Assembly (NCBI GenBank): GCA_029975435.1
Contig: JARKPC010000171.1
Location: 7,647-71,646, forward strand
Length of the DNA stretch: 64,000 bases
Direction of reading: 5' to 3'
From: Propionivibrio sp.
GTDB lineage: Bacteria; Pseudomonadota; Gammaproteobacteria; Burkholderiales; Rhodocyclaceae
Part shown: piece by piece, positions 1 to 9,153 of the stretch
Position numbering within the stretch: the first letter of the stretch is position 1
Layout: each line of letters starts with the position of its first letter
Position numbers and translations under genes: made by a program
Notes under the pieces: model-generated
Told to the model about the DNA's origin: nothing
The model's input: the letters and a program-made list of their open reading frames with translations, nothing else
The model's database searches: none

Positions 1-3000
1 CCGGCATCCCGGCCATCAAGGCTACCCCGAAAGTGACCACGGCGATCTTCGGCCTCGGCGGTCACGATCTGCAGCCGCGCCACCTGATCGCCGCGTTCAA
101 GAACATGGAAAGTGGAAAGGGGGCGTCGCTGGTCTATCTCGGCTCGCAGTTCTTCTCCAAGGACCCGAATCCACGCATGGCCGAATTGCAGAAACGGATG
201 AGAGCCGCCTATCCGGAGACGGAACTGATGGCGCTGGAGACCGAAGCCAATCCGCGCCTGCTGCCGGATTCCGCGTTCCGCGTGCGTTTCCACTCGGTCG
301 GCGGTTATGGAACGATCGCGTCGGGCAAGCTGCTGACGGACATTCTGGCCGGCGCGCTCGACATGCATTCGAAATCGGCACCGAAGTACGGTTCGGAAAA
401 GAGCGGTGCGCCGACCAACTACTACATTACCCTCAGTCCGGAACCGATCAAGATCACCAATGCCGAACTGGAAGACGTTGAGGTGGTGATTTCCCCCGAC
501 CATCGCGCATTCAGCCATACCAACCCGCTGAAGGGGCTGGCGGCCGGCGGCACCTTCATCCTGCAGTCGAGTGCCACGCCTGAGCAGGTGTGGGAGGAAT
601 TGCCGGCGCAGGCGCGCAAGACCATCCGCGAAAAGAAGATCAACTTCTTCATCATCGATGCCTTCGCCGTCGCCAAGAAGCATGCGCCGATCCCGGAACT
701 GGCTACGCGCATGATGGGTATCGCCTTCATCGGCGCGGTGGCCGGACACGTCAAGCAGGTGTCCGCCGGGGCGTCGGCCAAGGCCATCCTCGAGAAGATC
801 CGCAAGCAGATTGCCAAGAAGTTCGGCACCAAGGGCGGTGCGGTCGTCGAAGGCAACATGGAAGTCATCGAGGAGGGCATCGAGGCGACCGAACGTGTCG
901 ACTACACCAAGCCTGCCTTCATCAAGATCGACGCCAAACCCGCGCCGATCACCCTGCGCAACGTCTCGTTGTCGGCTTCGATGTGCCAGCCCGAAGGCGC
1001 GTCCGGGTGCGGCCTGTTCGACCGCGAGTACTTCAACGACATGATCGCCACACCGTTCCGCGAGGGCACCATCGGCGAGGCGCCGGTACTGCCGGGCACG
1101 GGTCTGTTCATGCCGGCCGGTACCGCTGGTTCCAAGGACAAGGGGCTGTTCCGGCGCAGTGTGCCGCTGTTCAATCCCGACCTGTGCACCGGCTGCATGG
1201 AGTGCACGCTGGTCTGCCCGGATGCCGCCATCCCGAACACCGTGCATGACATCCACGAACTGCTGCTCACCGGTATCCGTCAGTTGGACATCACCGAAGC
1301 GCAACGCGAGGCCATGCGTGCCCAGGTCTATGCGGTGGCCGAGTCGGTGCGCGAGTCCTATCGTCAGGGCAAGGAGACCCGCGCCTTCCACGAACTGGTG
1401 GCCGAAGCGGCATCGAAGCTGCCGACGCGCCAGGCCACGCTGCTCGGCAACTTCAGCAAACTCGTGGATGTGCTGGCCGCCTATCCGGTCGCGCGCACCC
1501 GCCCGTTCTTCGACGCCATGGAAAAGACCAGTGCGGGCAGCGGCGGACTGTTCGCCGCCAATGTCGATCCATGGAAGTGCACCGGCTGCCTGGAGTGCGT
1601 CGATGTGTGCGGCCCCGGCGCGCTGGTCTCGCAGGATCAGGACACTGCCCTGTTGAGCACCCTGCAGAACCGTTTCGACTTCATGAGCAAGACGCCGAAT
1701 ACCCCGGCGCGCTTCGTCGACAACGCCATCGAAGCGGGCGGCGAAATCAAGCGCCTGTTGCTCGACCGCGACAACTACTACTCGACGACAGGTGGGCACG
1801 GCGGCTGCCGCGGCTGCGGCGAAGTCACCGCCATCCGCCTGGTAATGGCCACCAACCGCGCGATTACCGAGAAGCGCCGGCTCGACCATATCGCCGAACT
1901 GGAGAAACTGCTTGCCGACCTGGTTGCCAAGCAGGCGTCGTTGGGCAAGAAGGAAACCGAGCGCAGCCGGCGCATCGGCGAACTCATCGCCACGCTGGAA
2001 AAGCGCCTGTACCTGTTCGAGGGCGGCCCGACCGGCAACGGACCGGCCGGAGCGATCATCGCCAACTCGACGGGATGCAGCAGCGTCTATGCCTCCACCT
2101 TCCCGTTCAACGCCTACAACGATCCGTGGGTGAACAGCCTGTTTCAGGACGCCCAGCCGCTGGCCAAGGGCATCTTCGAGGGTGTCGCGGCGCAGACCGT
2201 GCCGGACGTCAAGGCGATGCGTCTTGCGCGTCTCGAACTCGACGACGCCTACGTGCCGGAGCAGCATGACAAGGAATTCCGTTTCCTGTCGTGGAACCTG
2301 TTTACCAAGGAGGAACTCGCGCTCCTGCCGACCGTGATCACCGTCGGCGGCGATGGCGCCACCTACGACATCGGCTTCGGCGCCTTCTCGCGCATCCTGG
2401 CCAGCAACACGCCGATCAAGGTCCTGGTGCTGAACACGGGAGCCTACTCCAACACCGGCGGGCAGGCCTCGACGTCGAGTTTCACCGGGCAGGATTCCGA
2501 TCTGGCGCGGCACGGCGGCGCGCACAGCGGCAAGCAGGAGTCGCGCAAGGAACTCGGCCTGATCGCCTCCTTCCATCCCAACGTCTTTGTCTGCTCGACG
2601 ACCACGGCACTGCAGGGGCACTACCTGAAGAACACCATGGAGTTCCTCTCCTACACCGATGCGCCGGCAGTGCTCGACGTCTATACGCCGTGCCAGGGCG
2701 AGCACGGCATTGCCGACAACGTATCGGCGCGCCAGGCGCGTCTGGCCGTGGAGAGCCGCATGAACCCGGTGTTCGTGCATGATCCGCGCAAGGGCAAGAC
2801 GCTGCACGAGTGGTTCTCGCTCGACGGCAATCCCGATCCCGAAAAGACCTGGATGACGACAACGCTGGAATACCTCGACGACAGCGGCGAGCTGAAGCTG
2901 ATGGACGTCCAGCTGACCCCGGCGGACTTCGCCGTCGGCGAAATCCGCTTCAAGAAGCAGTTCCGCAAGCTGGCTGCCGATGCCGCCAACCTGGTGCCCG

Positions 3001-3626
3001 TGGTCGAGTTCATCGATCTCCCGGAAGAGGCGCGGCAGGGCAAGACACCGTTCGTCTATTCGGTGGATGCCAACAAGCGTCTGGTTCGCCTCGGGGTTTC
3101 GGCGGCGGTCGTCGAACTGGTCGAGGAGCGGCGCAAGAACTGGCAGATGCTGCAATACCTCGCCGGTTTCCACGTGGCGCGCATGGATGCCACGCATCGC
3201 CAGAGCATCGACTCGCTGCAGGCTCAATACAAGGATTCCCTGAAGCAGCACGACACGTCGCTCGATGCGATCGCCCGCGCCATGTCGGAACTCGCGGCGT
3301 CGAGCAAGGCGCCGGTCGGCGCCGGCCGCACCATCCCGATCGTGCCGGTGGCTGCTGGTACGGCCGCGCCTTCGTGCGGGGACGCCGCCGCGGCGGTCGC
3401 CGAGGCGATCGTGACGCTCGAGGATTCGACCAAGTGCACCAACTGCAAGACCTGCTACCAGGATCTTCCCGAACTGTTCGAGAAGACGCGCATGGTGATC
3501 GACGGCGAGAGCCGTGAAGTTGCACGCCTGATCCCCGGCGCCCTGGAACGCGTTACCGTGACCCCGGAGCTGAAGGCCCGTATCAAGCGGGTATCGGCCA
3601 ATTGCGATGCGGAGATCATTCGATGA
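1..3626 (+). CDS. Pyruvate:ferredoxin/flavodoxin oxidoreductase (single-chain PFOR-like), 5'-truncated by window edge
   Basis: Frame open from base 3. Domain III motif FHSVGGYGTIASGK; ferredoxin motifs CTGCMECTLVCP and CTGCLECVDVCG; GGCRGCGE; TGCSSVY; TPP motif GGDGATYDIG...NTGAYSNTGGQ. Extra C-terminal CTNCKTC...C domain. Confidence 0.9.
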   Translation, partial: GIPAIKATPKVTTAIFGLGGHDLQPRHLIAAFKNMESGKGASLVYLGSQFFSKDPNPRMAELQKRMRAAYPETELMALETEANPRLLPDSAFRVRFHSVGGYGTIASGKLLTDILAGALDMHSKSAPKYGSEKSGAPTNYYITLSPEPIKITNAELEDVEVVISPDHRAFSHTNPLKGLAAGGTFILQSSATPEQVWEELPAQARKTIREKKINFFIIDAFAVAKKHAPIPELATRMMGIAFIGAVAGHVKQVSAGASAKAILEKIRKQIAKKFGTKGGAVVEGNMEVIEEGIEATERVDYTKPAFIKIDAKPAPITLRNVSLSASMCQPEGASGCGLFDREYFNDMIATPFREGTIGEAPVLPGTGLFMPAGTAGSKDKGLFRRSVPLFNPDLCTGCMECTLVCPDAAIPNTVHDIHELLLTGIRQLDITEAQREAMRAQVYAVAESVRESYRQGKETRAFHELVAEAASKLPTRQATLLGNFSKLVDVLAAYPVARTRPFFDAMEKTSAGSGGLFAANVDPWKCTGCLECVDVCGPGALVSQDQDTALLSTLQNRFDFMSKTPNTPARFVDNAIEAGGEIKRLLLDRDNYYSTTGGHGGCRGCGEVTAIRLVMATNRAITEKRRLDHIAELEKLLADLVAKQASLGKKETERSRRIGELIATLEKRLYLFEGGPTGNGPAGAIIANSTGCSSVYASTFPFNAYNDPWVNSLFQDAQPLAKGIFEGVAAQTVPDVKAMRLARLELDDAYVPEQHDKEFRFLSWNLFTKEELALLPTVITVGGDGATYDIGFGAFSRILASNTPIKVLVLNTGAYSNTGGQASTSSFTGQDSDLARHGGAHSGKQESRKELGLIASFHPNVFVCSTTTALQGHYLKNTMEFLSYTDAPAVLDVYTPCQGEHGIADNVSARQARLAVESRMNPVFVHDPRKGKTLHEWFSLDGNPDPEKTWMTTTLEYLDDSGELKLMDVQLTPADFAVGEIRFKKQFRKLAADAANLVPVVEFIDLPEEARQGKTPFVYSVDANKRLVRLGVSAAVVELVEERRKNWQMLQYLAGFHVARMDATHRQSIDSLQAQYKDSLKQHDTSLDAIARAMSELAASSKAPVGAGRTIPIVPVAAGTAAPSCGDAAAAVAEAIVTLEDSTKCTNCKTCYQDLPELFEKTRMVIDGESREVARLIPGALERVTVTPELKARIKRVSANCDAEIIR

Positions 3627-6469
3627 GCAACGGATCCTCACAATTCAGCCAAGAGGACCTGCAGCGCTACCGCGATGCCAGCAACGCGCTGGAAAGAACG
3701 CGGTCGCAGGTCGAGGCGCTGGAGCAGACCTCGGCGGTTGAGACCTTCAACCAGCAGTTGGACCTGCTGCGCCGGCGCCTGTTGAACGACCCGCAGGCGT
3801 TCCGCGAGATGTTCATCTCCGACGGCGCCGCAGCGATTGTCGCCGAGTTCCAGCAGGACGAACTCTCGCCCGAGTTCACCCGCACCTTCTGGGAACTGCT
3901 GCTGCGCGACGACGACATGAGCAAGATCCTCATGCGTTTCGTGTGGGGCGTGCCGCTCGGCCTCAAGCGCAAGTTCATCAAGGCGCTCGACAAGCATCTC
4001 TCGGACCGCTACCCGATGTTCAAGGGGTTGTCGAACAACTGGCCCGCGGAGAGCTTCATTCCCCCGTACATCCGTTCGCCCGAGGAGCGCTCCGTCGATT
4101 TCGGCCTGGTGAATCAGGGGTATCTGGGCTACATGAACCTCGGCTACACGGCACGCGAGGTGGATCTGATCGTCTGGCTCGAAGTGCTGCGCGACAAGCA
4201 ATGCGATGAAAAGCCCTGCGAGGTCGGCCTGCACGTGCCCGGCAAGTTCGAGCCGAAGGGCGGCTGTCCGGTCAAGATCCACATCCCGCAGGTCCTTGAT
4301 CTGCTCGGCAACGGGCGCTTCCGCGAAGCGATGGAACTGATCGAGAACTGCAACCCGCTGCCCAACGTCACCGGTCGCGTGTGTCCGCAGGAACTGCAAT
4401 GCCAGGGCGTTTGCGCCCACACCAAGCAGCCGATCGAGATCGGCCAGCTCGAGTGGTTCCTGCCGCAGCGCGAGAAGGTGGTCAACCCGGATGGCATCGC
4501 CGCGCGTTTCGCCGGCTTCCCCGATCCGTGGGAGAAGGCCGAGAAGCCGCCGATCGCCGTGGTCGGTTCCGGGCCGGCGGGCCTGATCAACGCCTACCTG
4601 CTGGCGGTAGAAGGCTTCCCGGTCACCATCTTCGAAGCTTTCCACGCACTCGGCGGCGTGCTGCGCTACGGTATCCCCGAGTTCCGCCTGCCCAACGAGC
4701 TGATCGACGACGTGGTCGGCAAGATCAAGCTGCTCGGCGGCAAGTTCGTTTCCAACTTCGTCGTCGGCAAGACCGCAACCTTGCAGGATCTGCGCAACGC
4801 CGGCTTCTGGAAAATCTTCGTCGGCACCGGCGCCGGACTGCCGCGCTTCATGAACGTGCCCGGCGAGCATCTGCTCAACGTCATGTCGGCCAACGAGTTC
4901 CTTACCCGCGTGAACCTGATGCAGGGCTTGCGCGAGGACTACGAGACGCCGCTGCCGGAAACCAAGGGCAAGGAAGTCATCATCATCGGCGGCGGCAATA
5001 CCGCCATGGACGCGGCGCGCACCGCGCGACGCCTCGGCGGCAACGTGACTATCGTCTATCGTCGCACGCAGAGCGAAATGCCGGCGCGCGTCGAGGAACT
5101 GCATCACGCGCTCGAAGAAGGCATCGCCCTCAAGGTGCTGCGTTCGCCGTGCGAGTTCGTCGGCGACGACAAGACGCATTTTGTCACGGCCGCCGTGCTC
5201 GACGTGATGGCCCTCGGCGAGCCGGACGCCTCCGGCCGTCGCAGCCCGATTGCCACCAGCGAGAAGGAAATCATGAAGGCCGACCTGGTGATCATGGCGC
5301 TCGGCAACGATCCCAATCCGATCATCCGTGATTCCGAACCGAGCCTGAAGACGACCAAGTGGGGCACCATCGACCTCGGCGCCAAGGGCTCGCAGAAGAC
5401 TTCGCTGGACGGCATCTACTCCGGTGGCGATGCCGCGCGCGGTGGTTCCACGGCGATTCGTGCGGCCGGCGACGGCCAGGCTGCGGCACGTGAAATCGTC
5501 GGCGACATCGACATGCCGCCCGACGAAATCCGGCGCATGGTCGACAAGGCCAAGGGCTACTCGCACCTGGGTGCCGCGCCGCAGACGATCCTGGAGAAGA
5601 TCGAACTCACCCCGGGCATCGTCGAGTTCATCGTGCATGCGCCGCTGATCGCCCGAGCCGCCCGCGCCGGGCAGTTCGTGCGTGTGCTGGCCTGGCCGAA
5701 CGGGGAACTGATCCCGCTCACGCTGGCCGACTGGGATGCCAAGGCCGGCACCATCTGTTTGGTGGTGCAGGGGATGGGTACCAGCAGCATCGAGATCAAC
5801 CGCATGCAGGTCGGCGAGGCGTTCGCCGGCATCGCCGGGCCACTGGGGCAGCCGAGCGAGTTGCACCGCTACGACCCGAAGAAGCAGACAGTCGTGTTCA
5901 CGGCAGGCGGCGTCGGTTTGCCGCCGGTATACCCGATCGCACGCGAACACTTGCGCTTGGGCAACCACGTGACGCTGATTTCGGGCTTCCGCAGTGCCGA
6001 TCTGTTGTTCTGGACGAAGGAGGACGAGCGGGTCGGGAAACTGCAGGCGGAGTTTGGCGATCAGCTCGACGTGATCTACACCAGCAACGACGGCAGCTTC
6101 GGCATCAAGGGCTTCGTGTCGACGCCGCTCGAGGAAATGCTCAAGAACGGCAAGAAGAGCAAGGGCCGCAACATCGCCGAAGTCGTCACCATCGGCCCGC
6201 CGATGATGATGCGTGCCGTCAGCGACCTGACCAAGCCGTACGGCGTGAAGACCGTGGCTAGCCTCAACTCGATCATGGTTGATGCGACCGGCATGTGCGG
6301 CGCGTGCATGGTGCCGGTGAGCATCGAGGGCAAGCTGGTGCGCAAGCACGCGTGCATTGACGGCCCCGAGATCGACGGCCACATCATCGACTGGGACAAG
6401 TTCCTGCCGCGTTTCAACCTGTTCAAGCCGCAGGAGCAGGCCAGCAAGGTGAAGCACGGGCTGGCGTAA
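3623..6469 (+). CDS. Fused NfnB(SudA/GltD-like)-NfnA(SudB-like) FAD/Fe-S oxidoreductase with N-terminal extension
   Basis: ATGA overlap with the PFOR stop. GltD-type motifs GCPVKIHIP, GRVCPQELQC, GSGPAGL, YGIPEFRLP, GGGNTAMDAAR, YRR, GGDAARG; then FNR-like GQFVRV, IPLTLAD, GPLG, GGVG and DATGMCGAC...ACIDGPE [2Fe-2S] motif. Confidence 0.88.
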   Translation: MSNGSSQFSQEDLQRYRDASNALERTRSQVEALEQTSAVETFNQQLDLLRRRLLNDPQAFREMFISDGAAAIVAEFQQDELSPEFTRTFWELLLRDDDMSKILMRFVWGVPLGLKRKFIKALDKHLSDRYPMFKGLSNNWPAESFIPPYIRSPEERSVDFGLVNQGYLGYMNLGYTAREVDLIVWLEVLRDKQCDEKPCEVGLHVPGKFEPKGGCPVKIHIPQVLDLLGNGRFREAMELIENCNPLPNVTGRVCPQELQCQGVCAHTKQPIEIGQLEWFLPQREKVVNPDGIAARFAGFPDPWEKAEKPPIAVVGSGPAGLINAYLLAVEGFPVTIFEAFHALGGVLRYGIPEFRLPNELIDDVVGKIKLLGGKFVSNFVVGKTATLQDLRNAGFWKIFVGTGAGLPRFMNVPGEHLLNVMSANEFLTRVNLMQGLREDYETPLPETKGKEVIIIGGGNTAMDAARTARRLGGNVTIVYRRTQSEMPARVEELHHALEEGIALKVLRSPCEFVGDDKTHFVTAAVLDVMALGEPDASGRRSPIATSEKEIMKADLVIMALGNDPNPIIRDSEPSLKTTKWGTIDLGAKGSQKTSLDGIYSGGDAARGGSTAIRAAGDGQAAAREIVGDIDMPPDEIRRMVDKAKGYSHLGAAPQTILEKIELTPGIVEFIVHAPLIARAARAGQFVRVLAWPNGELIPLTLADWDAKAGTICLVVQGMGTSSIEINRMQVGEAFAGIAGPLGQPSELHRYDPKKQTVVFTAGGVGLPPVYPIAREHLRLGNHVTLISGFRSADLLFWTKEDERVGKLQAEFGDQLDVIYTSNDGSFGIKGFVSTPLEEMLKNGKKSKGRNIAEVVTIGPPMMMRAVSDLTKPYGVKTVASLNSIMVDATGMCGACMVPVSIEGKLVRKHACIDGPEIDGHIIDWDKFLPRFNLFKPQEQASKVKHGLA

Positions 6470-6492
6470 TCGCCTTTGTAAGCGATTTCATG

Positions 6493-6520
6493 ACGGGGCG
6501 GGTGACCGCCCCGTTTTGTT
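6493..6520 (+). terminator. Rho-independent terminator after the PFOR-Nfn operon
   Basis: ACGGGGCGG-gtga-CCGCCCCGT followed by TTTGTT. Confidence 0.75.
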
Positions 6521-6749
6521 ACGGGCGTACGGACCAAGCGGGCGTGTGGAATGTTGTGTTGGTGAATCATGTGTTCTGCTGCCAGCGCACAAGGATCAGC
6601 CGAATGCCCGATCCCCCTTCTTGTTCAACTTGCTCCAGCGGCTCTGACCGATTCCAGAGAGAGCAAACGGACTTGAACAAGCGGTGTTCCCGCACCAAGA
6701 TGAAAAGGACGGATGGCAGTTTCGTCGCGAACGGGCAAAGGGAATCATC

Positions 6750-8213
6750 ATGGTTCGAGGCAAGGGAGGGGAATCGGTAGCCGGATTGAAGTCTCCGCGT
6801 TCTGCGCTCTTGGTGGCGTTGGCCGTTCTCCTGATCGCGGGGCTTGCCGGATGCGCGCCTTCGATGTCGATCCGACCTCCTACGGCAAGCGATATCGAGA
6901 GCGTCAGGAATCGCCAGCAGGCCGTCGCTCTGTTCCGCCTCACCACGACCATCGACGGCAAGGCAGTCTCTCCATTGGATCCGGGAGACAGCAACAACGC
7001 CGTGCGCATCTACCTTGCCAGCCTGGGCGACATGGGGGCTCCGATGCGCGTCACTCCGGCTTCGTTCTCCCAAAGCACGGCGGCAGACGGATGGCATTAT
7101 CTGTTGCTGTCGCCCGGCGTTTACTATCTGCTCGTGCTGCCGCCGGGTGTCGAGCAGAATCCGCCTGCCGTCGCCTACCATGCCGCCAGCGCCCGCTACG
7201 GCCGGTTGACGCAGTACGCGTTCGTTCAGGGTCGTGGCGGCTTCTGGGCTCCCGAACTGATGGCCTTTGTTCTGAGAGACATGCCTCCGCCGGATTTCCG
7301 GGAACTGCCGGGATTCTGGTTCCAGGTGCCGGAGAATGGACAGGTCGTCTATCTCGGCTCCTTGTCCATCGCGTGCAGAAGCGGCCGCGGAGTCTTCGGC
7401 AACCTGATCGACTCGTGTGGCGACGTTGATCTGGCGGATGATCGGCAGTCGGCGAAACAGGCGATTGCCGTGTCGCTGCCGGATCTGGCCATGGAATCCC
7501 TGCCGCTGGTGCCGTATGGCCGATCGCGGCCGGGAACGCGTGTGGCGGAGTCGGGCGCCATGAACTTCGTGGCGCGCGGTGCGGGGAAGATCGAGGCCGC
7601 CTTCACGGGAGCCGAGCTGGCGCCATGGGGAGTGATTCCCAGCGCCGGGCAGCCCCGGCCCGTCTCCGTCTATAACCTGCTGGCGATCGGAGCCGAATTG
7701 GCCACGCGCGCCGGTGCCGCTGCGCGGGCCGAGGGCCACCGAGCGGAAGTGCAGCCTTGCATCGACCGGCTCTCTGCTTCGGTCGGCAGTATCGATTTCG
7801 CCTCCCGATTTGCTCCGGCGCTCGAGCAAGCCGCACGTGCTCACGGGAAACGGATTCCGGACGCCGCCGAGAGCCGGCGCGCGAGCCACCGGCTGATAAC
7901 ATCCGTGCCGCTGGTGCGCCTCAGGGAATCCGGCCAGTCGGACACTCTGGCGCTGGAACTCGCGTTGGAGTCGCGGATTGAAACGGTCGATGATGGCATA
8001 GTCCGCTATTACAGCGTGTGGTCTTCGGCCCCGCAGCCGCCGATCCAGAGCCCCCATGCGCCACGCTCGCCGTTGTATGCGCAGTTCGTGCCGGAGCGGC
8101 CTGCGCCGCGGGCTGTTGTGGAGTGGTGCGGTGCCGACGGCGCGGCCTTGCTCGAGCGGGAAATCTCTGCTGCGCTTTCACGCATCGCTGCTCAGGTCGT
8201 GCCGGATCTCTGA
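6750..8213 (+). CDS. Hypothetical lipoprotein
   Basis: Long ORF with a hydrophobic stretch ending in lipobox LAG-C; no recognisable catalytic motif; start uncertain. Confidence 0.6.
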   Translation: MVRGKGGESVAGLKSPRSALLVALAVLLIAGLAGCAPSMSIRPPTASDIESVRNRQQAVALFRLTTTIDGKAVSPLDPGDSNNAVRIYLASLGDMGAPMRVTPASFSQSTAADGWHYLLLSPGVYYLLVLPPGVEQNPPAVAYHAASARYGRLTQYAFVQGRGGFWAPELMAFVLRDMPPPDFRELPGFWFQVPENGQVVYLGSLSIACRSGRGVFGNLIDSCGDVDLADDRQSAKQAIAVSLPDLAMESLPLVPYGRSRPGTRVAESGAMNFVARGAGKIEAAFTGAELAPWGVIPSAGQPRPVSVYNLLAIGAELATRAGAAARAEGHRAEVQPCIDRLSASVGSIDFASRFAPALEQAARAHGKRIPDAAESRRASHRLITSVPLVRLRESGQSDTLALELALESRIETVDDGIVRYYSVWSSAPQPPIQSPHAPRSPLYAQFVPERPAPRAVVEWCGADGAALLEREISAALSRIAAQVVPDL

Positions 8214-8454
8214 ATTTCGAATCCGTCGCCGCGCCGAAGAACGGGCTGGAATGATCCGGGGCGCTTTCGCTTGGACGACAACAGCACGATACGCGTCCCG
8301 AATCTGTTGGTTGCGAAGAGGCTGCGAAGAGGCGGAGAACCCGGAACTCTGCCGATGGTTCTTGAAACATCCAGTATCCACGCCTATTCCGATGGGGGTG
8401 TGCGCAAATGAAGTGATGTCCCGCGTTTCCTGACGCGTTGGCTCGGGCGTGGTT

Positions 8455-9060
8455 CTACTCCAGGATGTCGTCGGCGCGGCGGACGATGCGCGCCATGGTG
8501 TCGCCCAGTCCGGCGAGGCAGGCGGCCTGAATCATTGCGGCGGGAATGACGCCGCCGCGCCCATCGGGCAGATCGCGCGTGGCGGTGGCTTCGGCAACGA
8601 TGGTGCTCTGCAAACCCAGTTCCCTCGCGGCACGAACCGTTGAACTGACGCAGTTGTGCGTCATGTATCCGATGACAATCAGCTTCTTGCGCCCGCTGCG
8701 GTCGAGGACCGCGCGCAGGTCCGTGCCGGCGAAGGCGTTGGCCAGTGTCTTTTCGACCACGGCTTCTCCGGCCTGCGGGATCAGCGGCGCGGCCGGCTGG
8801 TATCCGGTTTCCCGCGGGTTGAACAGCGGTCCGCTGCCGCGATGCAGAACGTGCACGATCGATGTTCCGGAAGCGCGGGCACGCCGCAGCAACGTGCCCC
8901 CCGCGGTCAGCGCGGTGCCGATGCCGACGAGCGGCAGCCGGCCGTCGACGTATTCGCGCTGCGCGTCGATGATTAGCAGCACGGCGTCGGCGAGGCGTGC
9001 GGGTTGGATCGGAGTGCCGAGCAGGTCGAGGATGGTGGTTGGCGAGGCGGGCGTAGTCAT
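8455..9060 (-). CDS. Isochorismatase-family cysteine hydrolase
   Basis: LLIIDAQREY, VVEKTLANAF and GYMTHNCVSST give the D-K-C triad. Confidence 0.88.
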   Translation of the reverse strand: MTTPASPTTILDLLGTPIQPARLADAVLLIIDAQREYVDGRLPLVGIGTALTAGGTLLRRARASGTSIVHVLHRGSGPLFNPRETGYQPAAPLIPQAGEAVVEKTLANAFAGTDLRAVLDRSGRKKLIVIGYMTHNCVSSTVRAARELGLQSTIVAEATATRDLPDGRGGVIPAAMIQAACLAGLGDTMARIVRRADDILE

Positions 9061-9153
9061 GTCGGTTCTCAAGGGTTGTCGAAAGCGGCATGGTGCGGTT
9101 TCACCTGCGCGGCGACTAGTGGCATTATTGACAATAAACGTGCCGAATCTGCC

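Noticed and set aside
3638-6457. 939-aa antisense ORF, and similar long shadows such as 21287-23359, 41167-43002, 48648-50303 and 56463-58442
   Set aside because: Mirror frames of strongly codon-biased high-GC genes; no motifs of their own.
8312-8333. TGCGAAGAGGC x2 tandem repeat
   Set aside because: Only two short units in an intergenic gap; no array or spacer structure.
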